Of a stretch of DNA of 64,000 bases, positions 50,200-62,429 are shown piece by piece. The stretch spans positions 124,001 through 188,000 of the forward strand of contig JAPDFW010000102.1 in assembly GCA_028826165.1 (NCBI GenBank), in the 5' to 3' direction. The notes below the pieces were generated by a model that saw nothing but the letters and a program-made list of their open reading frames with translations, was not told the origin of the DNA and made no database searches. Source of the stretch: Anaeramoeba ignava BMAN (lineage: Eukaryota > Protista > Anaeramoebae). The stretch's first letter is position 1. Every line of letters starts with the position of its first letter. Both the position numbers and the translations under genes were made by a program.

Positions 50200-51275
50200 A
50201 AATTAAAGCAAAAATTAAAGCAAATATTAAATATTAAATATTAAATATCAAATATTAAATATCTAAATATTAAATATTAAATAATTAAATATTAAATATT
50301 AAATATTAAATATTAAATATTAAATATTAAATATTAAATATCCAAATATTAAATAATAAATATCCAAATATTAAATATTAAATATCTAAATATCTAAATA
50401 ATAAATATTAAATATTAAATATCTAAATAATAAATATTAAATATTAAATATTAAATATCCAAATATCAAATATCCAAATATCCAAATATTAAATATTAAA
50501 TATCCAAATATTAAATATTAAATATTAAATAATAAATATTAAATATCTAAATAATAAATATTAAATATTAAATAATAACCAAATATTAAATATTAAATAT
50601 TAAATATCAAATATCCAAATATTAAATATTAAATATTAAATATTAAATAATAAATATTAAATATTAAATATTAAATAATAAATAATAAATAATAAATATT
50701 AAATATTAAATATTAAATATCCAAATATTAAATAATAAATAATAAATATTAAATAATAAATATCAAATATTAAATATTAAATATTAAATAATAAATATTA
50801 AATATTAAATATTAAATAATAAATATTAAATATTAAATATTAAATATTAAATATTAAATATCCAAATATTAAATATTAAATATCCAAATATTAAATATCC
50901 AAATATTAAATATCCAAATAATAAATATTAAATATTAAAATATTAAATATTAAATAATAAATATTAAATATCTAAATAATAAATATTAAATAATAAATAT
51001 TAAATATTAAATATTAAATATTAAATAATAAATATTAAATAATAAATATTAAATATTAAATATCCAATATTAAATATCCAAATATTAAATATCCAAATAT
51101 CCAAATATCCAAATATCCAAATATCAAATATTAAATATTAAATAATAAATATTAAATATTAAATAATAAATATTAAATATCCAAATATCCAAATATTAAA
51201 TAATAAATATTAAATAATAAATAATAAATATTAAATATTAAATAATAAATAATAAATAATAAATATTAAATATTA
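50200..51275. repeat. Intergenic 7-8-nt array (AAATATT/AAATATCC/AAATAAT)
   Basis: Tandem array between the divergent G-alpha and eIF4E start codons. Confidence 0.9.
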
Positions 51276-51354
51276 AAAAAAATTTTTTTCATTTTTCATT
51301 TTTCATTTTTTATTATTTTTTATTTAGACTTATATAACAATAACTATAAAAAAA

Positions 51355-53707
51355 ATGAATTCTTCTGATACAAAAAAACAAGAAACACAAACACAAACAC
51401 AAACACAAACACAAACACAAACACAAACACAAACACAAACACAAACACAAACACAAACACAAACACAAACACAAACACAAAAACAAACAAAAGAAAACCA
51501 AAAAAATCAAGAAAAAGTTCAACACAAAAAATCTTTAAATTTAATATTAAAATTAAAATTAAAATTAAAATTAAAATTAAAATTGAAATTAAAATTAAAA
51601 TTAAAATTAAAATCAAAATTAAAATTAAAATCAAAATTAAAATTAAAATTAAATTTAAAATTTAAAATCAAAATTAAATTAAAATTAAAATTAAAATTAA
51701 AAAATTAAAATTTTAAAATAAAAAAATTAAAATTTTAAAATTAAATTAAAATTGAACATTAAATTATAATTAAAATTAAAATTAAAATTAAAATTAAAAT
51801 TTAAAATCATAATTAAAATTAAAATTAAAAATAAAATCAAAATTAAAATTAAAATTAAAATTTATAATTAAAATTAAATTAAAATCAAAATTAAAATCAA
51901 AATTAAAATTAAAATTAAAATTAAAATTGAAATTAAAAATTAAAATTAAAATTAAAATTAAAATTAAATTTAACAATTTTAGAATAAAATACATGGAATT
52001 TTAGCAGATCCAAAAGATCATCCCAAAAATGAACATCTTGTTTGTTAAAAAAAAACAATTTAGATTTGAAATTTCTTATTAAGAAATAATAAATAAAATT
52101 GAATAAATATTTTCAAATAAATTAGTTACAATCACAATGGACTTTATGGATTCATATAAGATCAACTCCATATGAACAAGGATTTATTCAAATTGGAACA
52201 TTTTCTACTATTGAAGAATTTTGGAGGTTGATTTCAAATCAAAATTAAAATTAAAATTCATTTTAAAATTAAAATTAAAATTTAAATTAAAATTTAAATT
52301 ATAATTAAAATTAAAATTAAAATTAAAATTTGTAGAAATTTTGTTTTTATTAAATGTGGAGAAGATCTCCCAGAACCATGGAACTATTTTATCTTTCGAA
52401 AAGACACAAAACCACTTTGGAAAGTTTGAAATTCAAGAAAACAAAAACAAAAACAAAAATCAAATTCAAAATCAAAATTAAAATTAAAATCAAATTTAAA
52501 ATCAAATCGAAAAAACAAAAACTTTCAAAAGTTTGAAATTAAAATCAGAAAATCAAAATAAAAATCAAATTCAAAATTCAAAAAAAACAAAATTAAAAAA
52601 TTAAAAATTCAAAAATCAAAAAATCAAAATCAAAATCAAAATTAAAATTAAAATCAAAATCAAAATCAAAATCAAAATCAAAATCAAAATCAAAATCAAA
52701 ATCAAAATCAAAATCAAAATTAAAAAATCAAAATTAATTTATAAAATTAAAAAGAATTTTCCGCAAGGAGGAAATTGGTCAATTAAATTCAATGAACATT
52801 TGAAATCAAATCCCACAAAGCAACTAAAAATTAGAGAAAAATGGCTTAAATTAGTTAATATTAAATTAAAATCAATTAATAATTTTTAATTTAATTAATT
52901 ATTAAAAAAAAATATTTTTTGAAAAAATTTGATTTTTAAATTTGAAATATTATAGTGTCTTTCAACATTAGGTGAATTTTGGGAAAATCCAAATATTGTT
53001 GGTATTAGTGTTTCTCGTAATCATTTAGGATTTTGTTTCTCAATTTGGACAGAAATTTTAATTGATCCAAATTCAAAAAAGCAAAAGAAGTATTTTTTAA
53101 ATTTAATATTAATTTTTAATTTTAATTTTAATTTTAATATTAATTTTAATTTTAATTTTTATCCAATTTTGATTTTAATATTAATTTTAATTTTAATTTT
53201 TATCCAATTTTCATTTTAATTTTTAATTTTAATTTTAATTTTGTCCAATTTCATTTTAATTTAATTTTAATTTTTAATTTCAATTTCGATTTTAATATTA
53301 ATTTTAATTTTAATTTTGATTTTATTTTAATTTCAATTTCGATTTTAATTTTTATCCAATTTTAATTTTAATTTTATAAATGAATTTAATTTTAAATTTA
53401 AATTTTAATTTTAATTTAATTTTAATTTTAATTTTAATTTCAATTTTAATTTTAATTTTAATTTTAATTTTAATTTAATTTTAATTTTAATTTAAATTTT
53501 AATTTTATAAATGAATTTAATTTTTAATTTGAATTTTAATTTAGATTTGAAAATCATCTTATGAAATTTTTTCCTGATATAAATGCTGGATGGAAATATT
53601 CAAATCATGAATCATTACTTCAATCAAATAGAATGAAATCTCGACAACATTTTCATAATCAAAAAATATCAAGATTTTCACGTTCTCCAAATAAACAATT
53701 TATGTGA
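51355..53707 (+). CDS. eIF4E: Divergent eIF4E-family protein; exons 51355-51516, 51983-52039, 52126-52226, 52336-52423, 52755-52853, 52956-53089, 53545-53707
   Basis: Spliced: EHL|LQSQWTLWIH..YEQGF..IGTFSTIEEFW|..YFIFRKDTKPLWK|NFPQGGNW..KWLKL|CLSTLGE..IVGISVS..FSIW..YSNH. The first donor (51517) is the least certain junction. Confidence 0.85.
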
Positions 53708-53873
53708 TCACAAATCAAAATTTCAAAAGAAAATTCCTTTTTTTTTTTAAAAAAAACAATAACAAAAATTTTTCAATCAAAAAATCAATAAATTTCGAAA
53801 TTAAATAAAAATAAAAGAATTTTTGATTTTTATTCTATTTTTTTAATTTTAATTTTAAATTTAAATTTTAATT

Positions 53874-54740
53874 TTAATTTTTTTCTGTTTTCATTTGATT
53901 TTTTTTATTGATTTTTTTCTTTGAATTTTTTTTCTCTTCAATGAATCTAATTTTTGCTTCTTTTCTTGCTTGTTTTTTTTGTTCAATTCTTTGATTGATT
54001 TGAATTTGTTCTAAAAATTTAAGACACATTGATTTTAATTTTTGAGCTCTAATTTGATAAGGATTTAATTTAATATCTCTTTCCATTGAAATATAATCAT
54101 CATTATATTTATCAATAAGAATTTTGATTCCATCCATTTCACTTTGACATAATCTTTTTCTTCTAGGTTTTGCAGCTTTTGCTGCAATTCTTTCAAATTC
54201 TTGAATGATTGGAAATTTTGATTGATTTTTTTGATTTAAATTTTGATTTGAATTTTGATTTGAATTTTGATTTGAATTTTGATTTGAATTTTGATTTGAA
54301 TTTTGATTTGAATTTTGATTTGAATTTTCTTTTATATTTTCATTTGAATTTTCTTTTATATTTTCATTTGAATTTTCTTTTTTATTTTGATTTGAATTTT
54401 GATTTGAATTTTCTTTTATATTTTGATTTGAATTTTCTTTTTTATTTTCTTTTTTATTTTCTTTTTTATTTTCATTTTCTTTTTCAGATCTTTTTTTCAA
54501 TTCTTCAAATATCTTCTTTTTTTTAATCTCTAATGTCTCAATTGGTACAATTGCACTTCCTTTTATTGCAACTCGTTCAATCCCTTTTTGTGGATTTAAA
54601 ACTAATCCCATTCTTCGATAATTTTGAATTAATGTTTGTTTTTTATTCCATCCAGTTCGTAAATCTGTTGCAACTTTTTTAAACGGTTTGATAGTTTGTC
54701 GTGTTTTTTTTCTAAGTCTTTGTTTTTTAGATTTTCCCAT
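53874..54740 (-). CDS. NOP16: Nucleolar protein 16 (60S biogenesis)
   Basis: WNKKQTLIQNYRRMGLVLNP and LIDKYNDDYISMERDIKLNPYQ are the two Nop16 motifs. Confidence 0.9.
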   Translation of the reverse strand: MGKSKKQRLRKKTRQTIKPFKKVATDLRTGWNKKQTLIQNYRRMGLVLNPQKGIERVAIKGSAIVPIETLEIKKKKIFEELKKRSEKENENKKENKKENKKENSNQNIKENSNQNSNQNKKENSNENIKENSNENIKENSNQNSNQNSNQNSNQNSNQNSNQNSNQNLNQKNQSKFPIIQEFERIAAKAAKPRRKRLCQSEMDGIKILIDKYNDDYISMERDIKLNPYQIRAQKLKSMCLKFLEQIQINQRIEQKKQARKEAKIRFIEEKKNSKKKINKKNQMKTEKN

Positions 54741-54992
54741 TTAAAAAAAAAAATGAAAAGAAAAAAATGAAAAAAAAAAATGAAAAAAAAAAATTAAAAA
54801 AAAAATTGTTCATTGTTTTTAATTATCAAAATCAAAATCAAAATCAAAATCAAAAGAAAAGAAAAAGAAAAAGAAAAAGAAAAAGAAAAATTCAATCAAT
54901 TTAAAGCAAAAAAAAAGAAAGCAAAAAAATCCCTAAAAGAAAAAAATCTGTTCCACTTTTTTCTTATTTCTTATCTTTTTTCTTTTTTTCTT

Positions 54993-57974
54993 TTAAAAGA
55001 CATTCAAAAGAATCAAAAGAAAAGCAAGAAAAGATAAAACGAGAGAATGAGCAGAATTGAAAGTAATATTTTCACTTAAAGCACCATATTGACTGTCAAG
55101 AATTGGAGCAACCCAACAAGTTGCATTTGTATAAGAACTTGCAGTGTCAACTGTTGGTGAAGTTTTTGATGTTTCCCATAAATATAATTCTCCATCAATT
55201 ATTGCCTTTACAAAATACTTTTGTGCTCCTGGATAACTGTCCCAATTTAATGTAAATTGGTTACTTGATGGACTTACTTTTAATCCTGTTACAGTATCAT
55301 TAAATTTAGTTAATCCATCGTTTGTACTTCCTGTTGCAAAATATGCATAATTTTCAATTCCACAAAGATTTATTCCTCTTTCAAATCGGAACTATAATTT
55401 AAAATCAAAATTAAAATTAAAATTAAAATTAAAATTAAAATTAAAATTTAAAATTAAAATTAAAATTAAAATTAAAATTAAAATTCAAAATTAAAATTAA
55501 AATTAAAATCAAAAATTAAAAATTAAAATTAAAATTAAAATTAAAATTAAAATTAAAATTAAAATTAAAATTAAAATTAAAATTAAAATTAAAATTAAAA
55601 TTAAAATTAAAAATCAAATTTAAAATTAAAATTAAAATTAAAATTAAAATTAAAATTTAAATTAAAATTAAAATTAAAATCAAAATTAAAATTAAAATTA
55701 AAATTAAATTCAAAAATTAAAATCAAAATCAAAATTAAAATTCAAATTAAAATTAAAATCATAATCAAAATTAAAATTTAAATCGGATAAAAAATTCAAA
55801 ATCGGATAAAAAATAAACTTACAAAACCATTTTCACCCCAACCAGTTCCCCAAGAATTTTTAACTCTCCAAAAAGGAGTAGTACCATCAGTACCATAACC
55901 TACAAGACTTGGAGCATGATTAGCATTACTTGGATTATTAGAGCAAGACATTGAAGTAGCAACACCATCTTCATAATAAGAAAGAGAATCAGCATCAATA
56001 GCAATACCAACAGGTCCATAACTAACAAGAATCTGTTGTAAAAGACCAACAGGATCAGAATCTGTATAAAGGAAAACTGTGGATTGATTCTTCACTTTCA
56101 CAAAACTGTTTGCTTGACAATTATCAAAACTTGTTCCTGAACATACTCCATTTTGTCCTTCATATCCCCATAAATAATCTCCACATGATCCATTTACTTG
56201 AATGTAATCTAATGCATATGATGTTACTCCTCCATCACATCCTGCACATGTTGTTGTGCAACTTATTACTTGTTGTTGTGATAAATCCATCAATATTCCA
56301 TCGTTTAAATTAAACACTCCTTCTGCAACTGCTGTTGCTCTTTATTTCATTTTAATTTATTATTAAATATTTAATATTGAATTGAATATTGAATTAAATA
56401 TTGAATTAAATATTGAATTGAATATCGAATTAAATATTGAATTGAATATTGAATTGAATATTGAATATTGATTTGAATTGAATATTGAATATTGAATATT
56501 GATTTGAATTAAATTGAATATTGAATTAAATATTAAATTAAATTGAATATTGAATTGAATATTGAATTGAATATTGAATTGAATATTGAATATTGATTTG
56601 AATTGAATATTAAATATTAAATATTTAATTAAATATTGAATTAAATATTGAATTAAATATTAAATATTGAATTAAAATTATTGAATTGAATATTGAATAA
56701 ATATTAAATATTGAATTGAATATTGAATTAAATATTGAATTAAATATTAAATTAAATATTGAATTAAATATTGAATTGAATATTGAAATTGAATATTGAA
56801 TTGAATATTGAATATCGAATTAAATTGAATTGAATATTAAATATTGAATTAAAATATTGAATATTAAATATTAAAATTGAATATTGAATTGAAATGAATA
56901 TTGAATTGAAATATTGAATTAAATATTAAATTAAATATTGAATCAAATTGAATTAAATATTGGATTAAATATTGAAATTGAATATTGAATATTAAATTGA
57001 AATTGAAAATATTGAATTGAAATGAATTGAATATTAAATATGAATTGAAATTAAATATTGGAATTGAATTGAAATTGAATTGAATTATTGAATTAAATAT
57101 TGAATATTGAATATTGAATTGAATTGAATATTAAATTGAATTGAATATTAAATTGAATTGAATATTGAATTAAATATTGAATTAAATATTGAATTAAATA
57201 TTGAATTAAATATTGAATTAAATTGAATTGTTGAATTTTTTAATTGATTGAAATTGGATTGAATGATGAATGGAAAATTTACGAGAAAGCCTAATTTAAA
57301 AATAAAACAACAAAAGAAATTCTATTAGAAAAAGAAAAAGAAAAAAAAATTTTTTTTTGCCAGATGATCAAAAACAAACCCAACAAGCACCACAAGAACC
57401 TTGATTTTTAACAGCAGTAATATTATTTCTTAAATCATAAGTATCAGGAAGAGAAGTCAATGGTTGTAATTTTGAACGATCGATTGGATCATTTTTAAAT
57501 TCAGGAAGAGGAAATTTAGTCAAATAAGCTTTAAATTCACCATCTGACCAATCAGTAAATTGATTTTCACCAGCTTTTGTTTAAAAATTTAAAATTAAAA
57601 TTAAATTTAAAAATTTAATTAAAAAGATCAAAAAAGAAAAAATTCTTTCATCAAAATTATTTTTAATCATTTTAATCAATCATTTTAATTATTTATTATT
57701 ATTTATTATTTATTATTTAAATACCTCCCCAAGTTTGACTTGAATCTTCATTGTGCTTTTTAATTCTTTCTAAATTCTCTCGATAAATTTGTTTTCTTGC
57801 TTTATATTCTTCTGGTCCATAATTTTTATTGTGACTTTTAATGTAAATATCAAATTCATCTTCTTTTATCTTTCCTTGTCTTGTTTTTGTTACTGTTTCT
57901 TCTTCTATAAGTTTTACTTTAGAAGAAAAAACAAAAGCTAAAATTAATAAAAAATAAAGTAAATAAAACTTCAT
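54993..57974 (-). CDS. Papain-family (C1A) cysteine protease, copy 1: signal peptide, I29 prodomain, catalytic domain, FN3-like domain, GPI-type signal; exons 57974-57725, 57573-57380, 57290-57283, 56339-55823, 55391-54993
   Basis: ERFNIN-like and GENQFTD prodomain motifs. Catalytic QGSCGACW|AFS|A, NH and VKNSWG. Ends ..NSAHSLVLSFLAFLLILLNVF*. Confidence 0.92.
56360..57235. repeat. Intronic AATATTGAATT array
   Basis: Fills intron 57282-56340. On the sense strand it is the same repeat class as the array at 20-960. Confidence 0.9.
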
Positions 57975-58466
57975 CAAAAAAAAAAAAAAGTTGAGAAAAA
58001 ATTTTTCAAAAGTAAAAAAAAAAATAAATTTTAATTTTGTTTTAAATTTTCTTTTAATCTTATTCAATTTGCCTGAAACCCTTTCTTTTTTTTTTTTAAA
58101 TTTTTGTTTTTGTTCAAATAACAATCTTTTATTTATTTTTTTTTAATTTTAATTAATCCCTCTAAATCACTTTTGATCAGATGGCAAATAAAAAGATCAA
58201 AAAAAAAAAGAGAAAAGATCAAAAATTAAAAACAAAAACAAAAACAAAATCAAAATTGAAATTAAAATTAAAAGTCAAATTTTTAAGATAAAAAGTTGTT
58301 CATTGTGTTTTTTTTTTGGAGTTGGCAAATCAAATCAATTTGAATTGAATTGAATTGAAAAAAAAAAAGTAAATCAAATTAAAGCAAAAAAAAAAGCAAA
58401 AAAAAAAAAACGGAAAAGAGAAAAAAATTTTTTTGTTCCACTTTCTTTTTGTTTTTGTTTTTGTTT

Positions 58467-61400
58467 TTAAAAGAAGTTGAAAAGAATCAAAAGAAAAGCG
58501 AAGAAAGATAAAACGAGAGAATGAGCAGAATTGAAAGTAATATTTTCACCTAAAGCACCATATTGACTGTCAAGAATTGGGCCAACCCAACAAGTTGTAT
58601 CTCCATAAGAACCAGCAACTAAGATCGTTGCCGGAATTTTTGATGTTTCCCATAAAAATAATTCTCCATCAATTATTGCTTTTACAAAATATCTTTGTGC
58701 TCCTGGATAACTGTCCCAATCAAGTGTAAATTCATCGTGTGCTGATTCAACTGATAATCCTGTTACAGCTCCTGTGAATTTGGTTAATCCTCCATTTGAT
58801 GTTGCTTCTACAAAATATGCAATATTTTCAATTCCACAAATATTTGAACCTCTTGCGAAACGGAACTATAAAATTAAAAATAAAAATAAAAATTTAAAAA
58901 TTAAAATTAAAACAAAATAAAAATTATTTTAAAATTAAAATTAGAATTAAAATTAAAATTAAAATTAAAATTAAAATTAAAATTAAAATTAAAATTAAAA
59001 TTAAAATTAAAATTAAAATTAAAATTAAAATTAAAATTAAAATTAAAATTAAAATTAAAATTAAAATTAAAATTAAAAATTAAAATTAAAATTAAAATTA
59101 AAATCAAAATTAAAATTAAAATTAAAAATTAAATTTATTAAAATTAAAATTAAAATTAAAATTAAAATTAAATTTAAAATTTAAATTAAATTAAAATTAA
59201 AATTAAAATTAAAATTAAAATTCATTTTAAAATTAAAATCGGATAAAAATTAGAGTTAAAATTAAAATTTAAATTTAAATTAGAATTAAAATTAAAATTA
59301 AAATTAAATATAAAATTAAAATTAAAATTAAAATCAAAATCATTTTAATATTAAAATTAAAAAATTAAAAATTTAAAATTTAAAATTCAAAATTTAATTT
59401 AAAATTAAAATTAAAAATTAAAATTAAAATTAAAATTAAAATTAAAAATTAAAATTCATTTATAAAATTAAAATTAAAATTAAAATTAAAATTAAAATTA
59501 AAATTAAAATTAAAAATATAAAATTAAAATTAAAATCGGATAAAAAATTTAAAATCGGATAAAAAATAAACTTACAAAACCATTTTCACCCCAACCAGTT
59601 CCCCAAGAATTTTTAACTCTCCAAAAAGGAGTAGTACCATCAGTACCATAACCAACGATAGTAACAGCATGATTAGCATCAGCATAAACACTTGAGCAGC
59701 TCATCCAAGTAGCAATACCATCATCATAATCAGAAAGAGAATCAGCATCAATAGCGACACCAACTGAACCATAAGTAGCAACAATTTGCATTAAAGCATC
59801 AACACGTTCATTTTCAGGAAGAGTATAGATATAAGTTGTGTTGATATCAGTCACAAAAACATTTGCATTGCTTTCACAGTTTGTTTTACTTGTTCCTGAA
59901 CAGTCTTGATCTTGTGCTGCATATCCCCATAAATAATCCCCACATGCTCCGTTGTCCTTAATGTAGTTAAGTCCATATGATGTTACTCCTCCATTGCATC
60001 CGGAACATGATGTTTGGCAACTGATTAATTGTTGTTGTGATAAATCCATCAATATATCTTCATGTATTTTAAATGCACTTTCCGCTACTGCTACAGCTCT
60101 TTATTTTTTTTTTGTATATTTTTTTAGTTTAATATTTTTTTTTCTTTTTAAAATTTTTTACGAGAAAGACTAATTGTGTTTTTAAAAAAAAAGAATAAGA
60201 ATTTAATTTTAATTTTAATTTTAATTTTAATATTAATTTTGATTTTAATTTTAATTTTAAATTTAATTTGAATTTAAATTTAATTTTGATTTTAATTTTA
60301 TTAATTTTAATTTTAATTTTTAATTTTAATTTTAATTTTAATTTTAATTTTAATTTTAATTTTAATTTTAATTTTAATTTTAATTTTAATTTGAATTTTA
60401 ATTTTAATTTTTAATTTTAATTTTAATTTTAATTTTAATTTTAATTTTTAATTTTAATTTTAATTTAATTTAATTTAATTTTAATTTTAATTTTAATTTT
60501 AATTTTAATTTTAATTTTAATTTTAATTTTAATTTTAATTTTAATTTTAATTTTAATTTTAATTTTAATTTTAATTTTAATTTTAATTTTAATTTTAATT
60601 TTAATTTTAATTTTAATTTTAATTTTTATTTTTAATTTTAATTTTAATTTTTATTTTCATTTTTCATTTTTCATTTTATTTAGTTTGTGAATAAATTACC
60701 CAACAACCACCACAAGAACCTTGATCTTTAACAGAAGTAATATTATCTCTCCAATCAACAGTCACTGGAAGAGCAGTTAATGGTTGTAATTTTGAACGAT
60801 CAAGTGGAGTAAATTCTAATTCAGGCATTGTGAATTTTGTTAAATAAGCATGAAATTCTTCTTTGGTCCAATCTGTAAATTGATTTTCACCAGCTATTTT
60901 TAATTTTTAATTTAAATTTTAATTTTAATTTTAATTTAAATTTTAAATTTTAATTTTAATTTTAATTTTAATTTTAAATTTTAATTTTAATTTTAATTTT
61001 AATTTTAAATTTTAATATTGATTTTAATTTTAATTTTAATTTTAATTTTAATTTTAATTTGAATTTAATTTTGAATTTTAATTTTAATTTTAATTTTAAT
61101 TTTAATTATTTTAATTTTAATTCCAATTTTAATATTTATTTTTAATTTTAATTTTAATTATTTTAATTTTAATTCCAATTTTAATATTTTTAATTTTTAA
61201 TTTTAATTTTAATTTTAATTTTAATTTTAATTTAAATTTTAATTTTAATTTTATTTTTAATTTTAATTTTAATTTTATTTTTAATTTTAATTTTAATTTT
61301 AATTTTATTTTTAATTTTAATTTTAATTCTAATTTTTGATTTTTAATTTTAATTTTAATATTGATTTTGATTTTAATTTTTAATTTTTAATTTTAATTTT

Positions 61401-62152
61401 AATTTTTATTTTTAATTTTAATTTTGATTTTTAATTTTAATTTTTAATTTTAATTTTAATTTTAATTTTATTTTAATTTTAATTTTGATTTTAATTTTAA
61501 TTTTAATTTTAATAATTTTAATTTTAATTTTAATTTTAATTTTAATTTTAATTTTAATTTTAATTTTAATTTTAATTTTAATTTTAATTATAATTTTAAT
61601 TTTAATTTTAATTTTAATTTTTATTTAATTTTAATTTAAATAATAATTTTAATTTTAATTTTGATTTTAATTTTAATTTTAAATTTAAATTTTAATTATA
61701 ATTTTGATTTTAATTTTAATTTTAATTTTGATTTTAATTTTAATTATAATTTTAATTTTAATTTTAATTTTAATATTAATTTTAATTTTAATTTTGATTT
61801 TGATTTTAAAATGAATTTTTATGTTAAATTTTAATATTGGGAATTAAAAGGGAAAAAAATTTAAAAAAGGAAAAAATAAAAATTATAAAAATTTACCTTT
61901 CCAAGTTTGAGTTTCATCTTCATTATGTTTCTTAATTCTTTCTAAATTCTTAATATAAATATCTTTTCTTGCTTTATATTCTTTTGGTTCATAATTTTTA
62001 TTAAACTTTTCAATATAAGAATCAAAAGGATGTTCTAAAAATAATTGTTTTTTTGTTTTTGTTAATTTTGTTGATTCTCCTTCTTTAAGTGTAATTTTTG
62101 CAGAAAAAACAAAAGCTAAAATTAATAAGAAAGAAAGTAAATAAATTTTCAT
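58467..62152 (-). CDS. Papain-family (C1A) cysteine protease, copy 2 (tandem paralogue, same architecture); exons 62152-61897, 60893-60700, 60169-60162, 60098-59576, 58865-58467
   Basis: QGSCGGCW|SFS|A, ANHAVTIVGYG and VKNSWG. Intron positions are identical to copy 1. Ends ..NSAHSLVLSFFAFLLILFNFF*. Confidence 0.92.
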
Positions 62153-62429
62153 TTTAAAAACGAAAAAAAAAATAAAAAAAAATAAGAAAAAAAATGAAAA
62201 AATAAAAACAAAAATAAAAACAAAAATATTAGGAATTGAAATCTTAAAATCAATCGCCGGCTAATTGTTCTCTTAATTTATTTTTAGTTTCTAATTAAAA
62301 TAATAATTTTTTGATCTTTATTACTCAAAAATAATATTTATTAGTAATCAAATGTTTTTTTTTTATTTTTAATTATTTAATAATCAATTTTTCCTTTAAT
62401 TTTCAATTCAAATCAAATCAACAAAAAAA

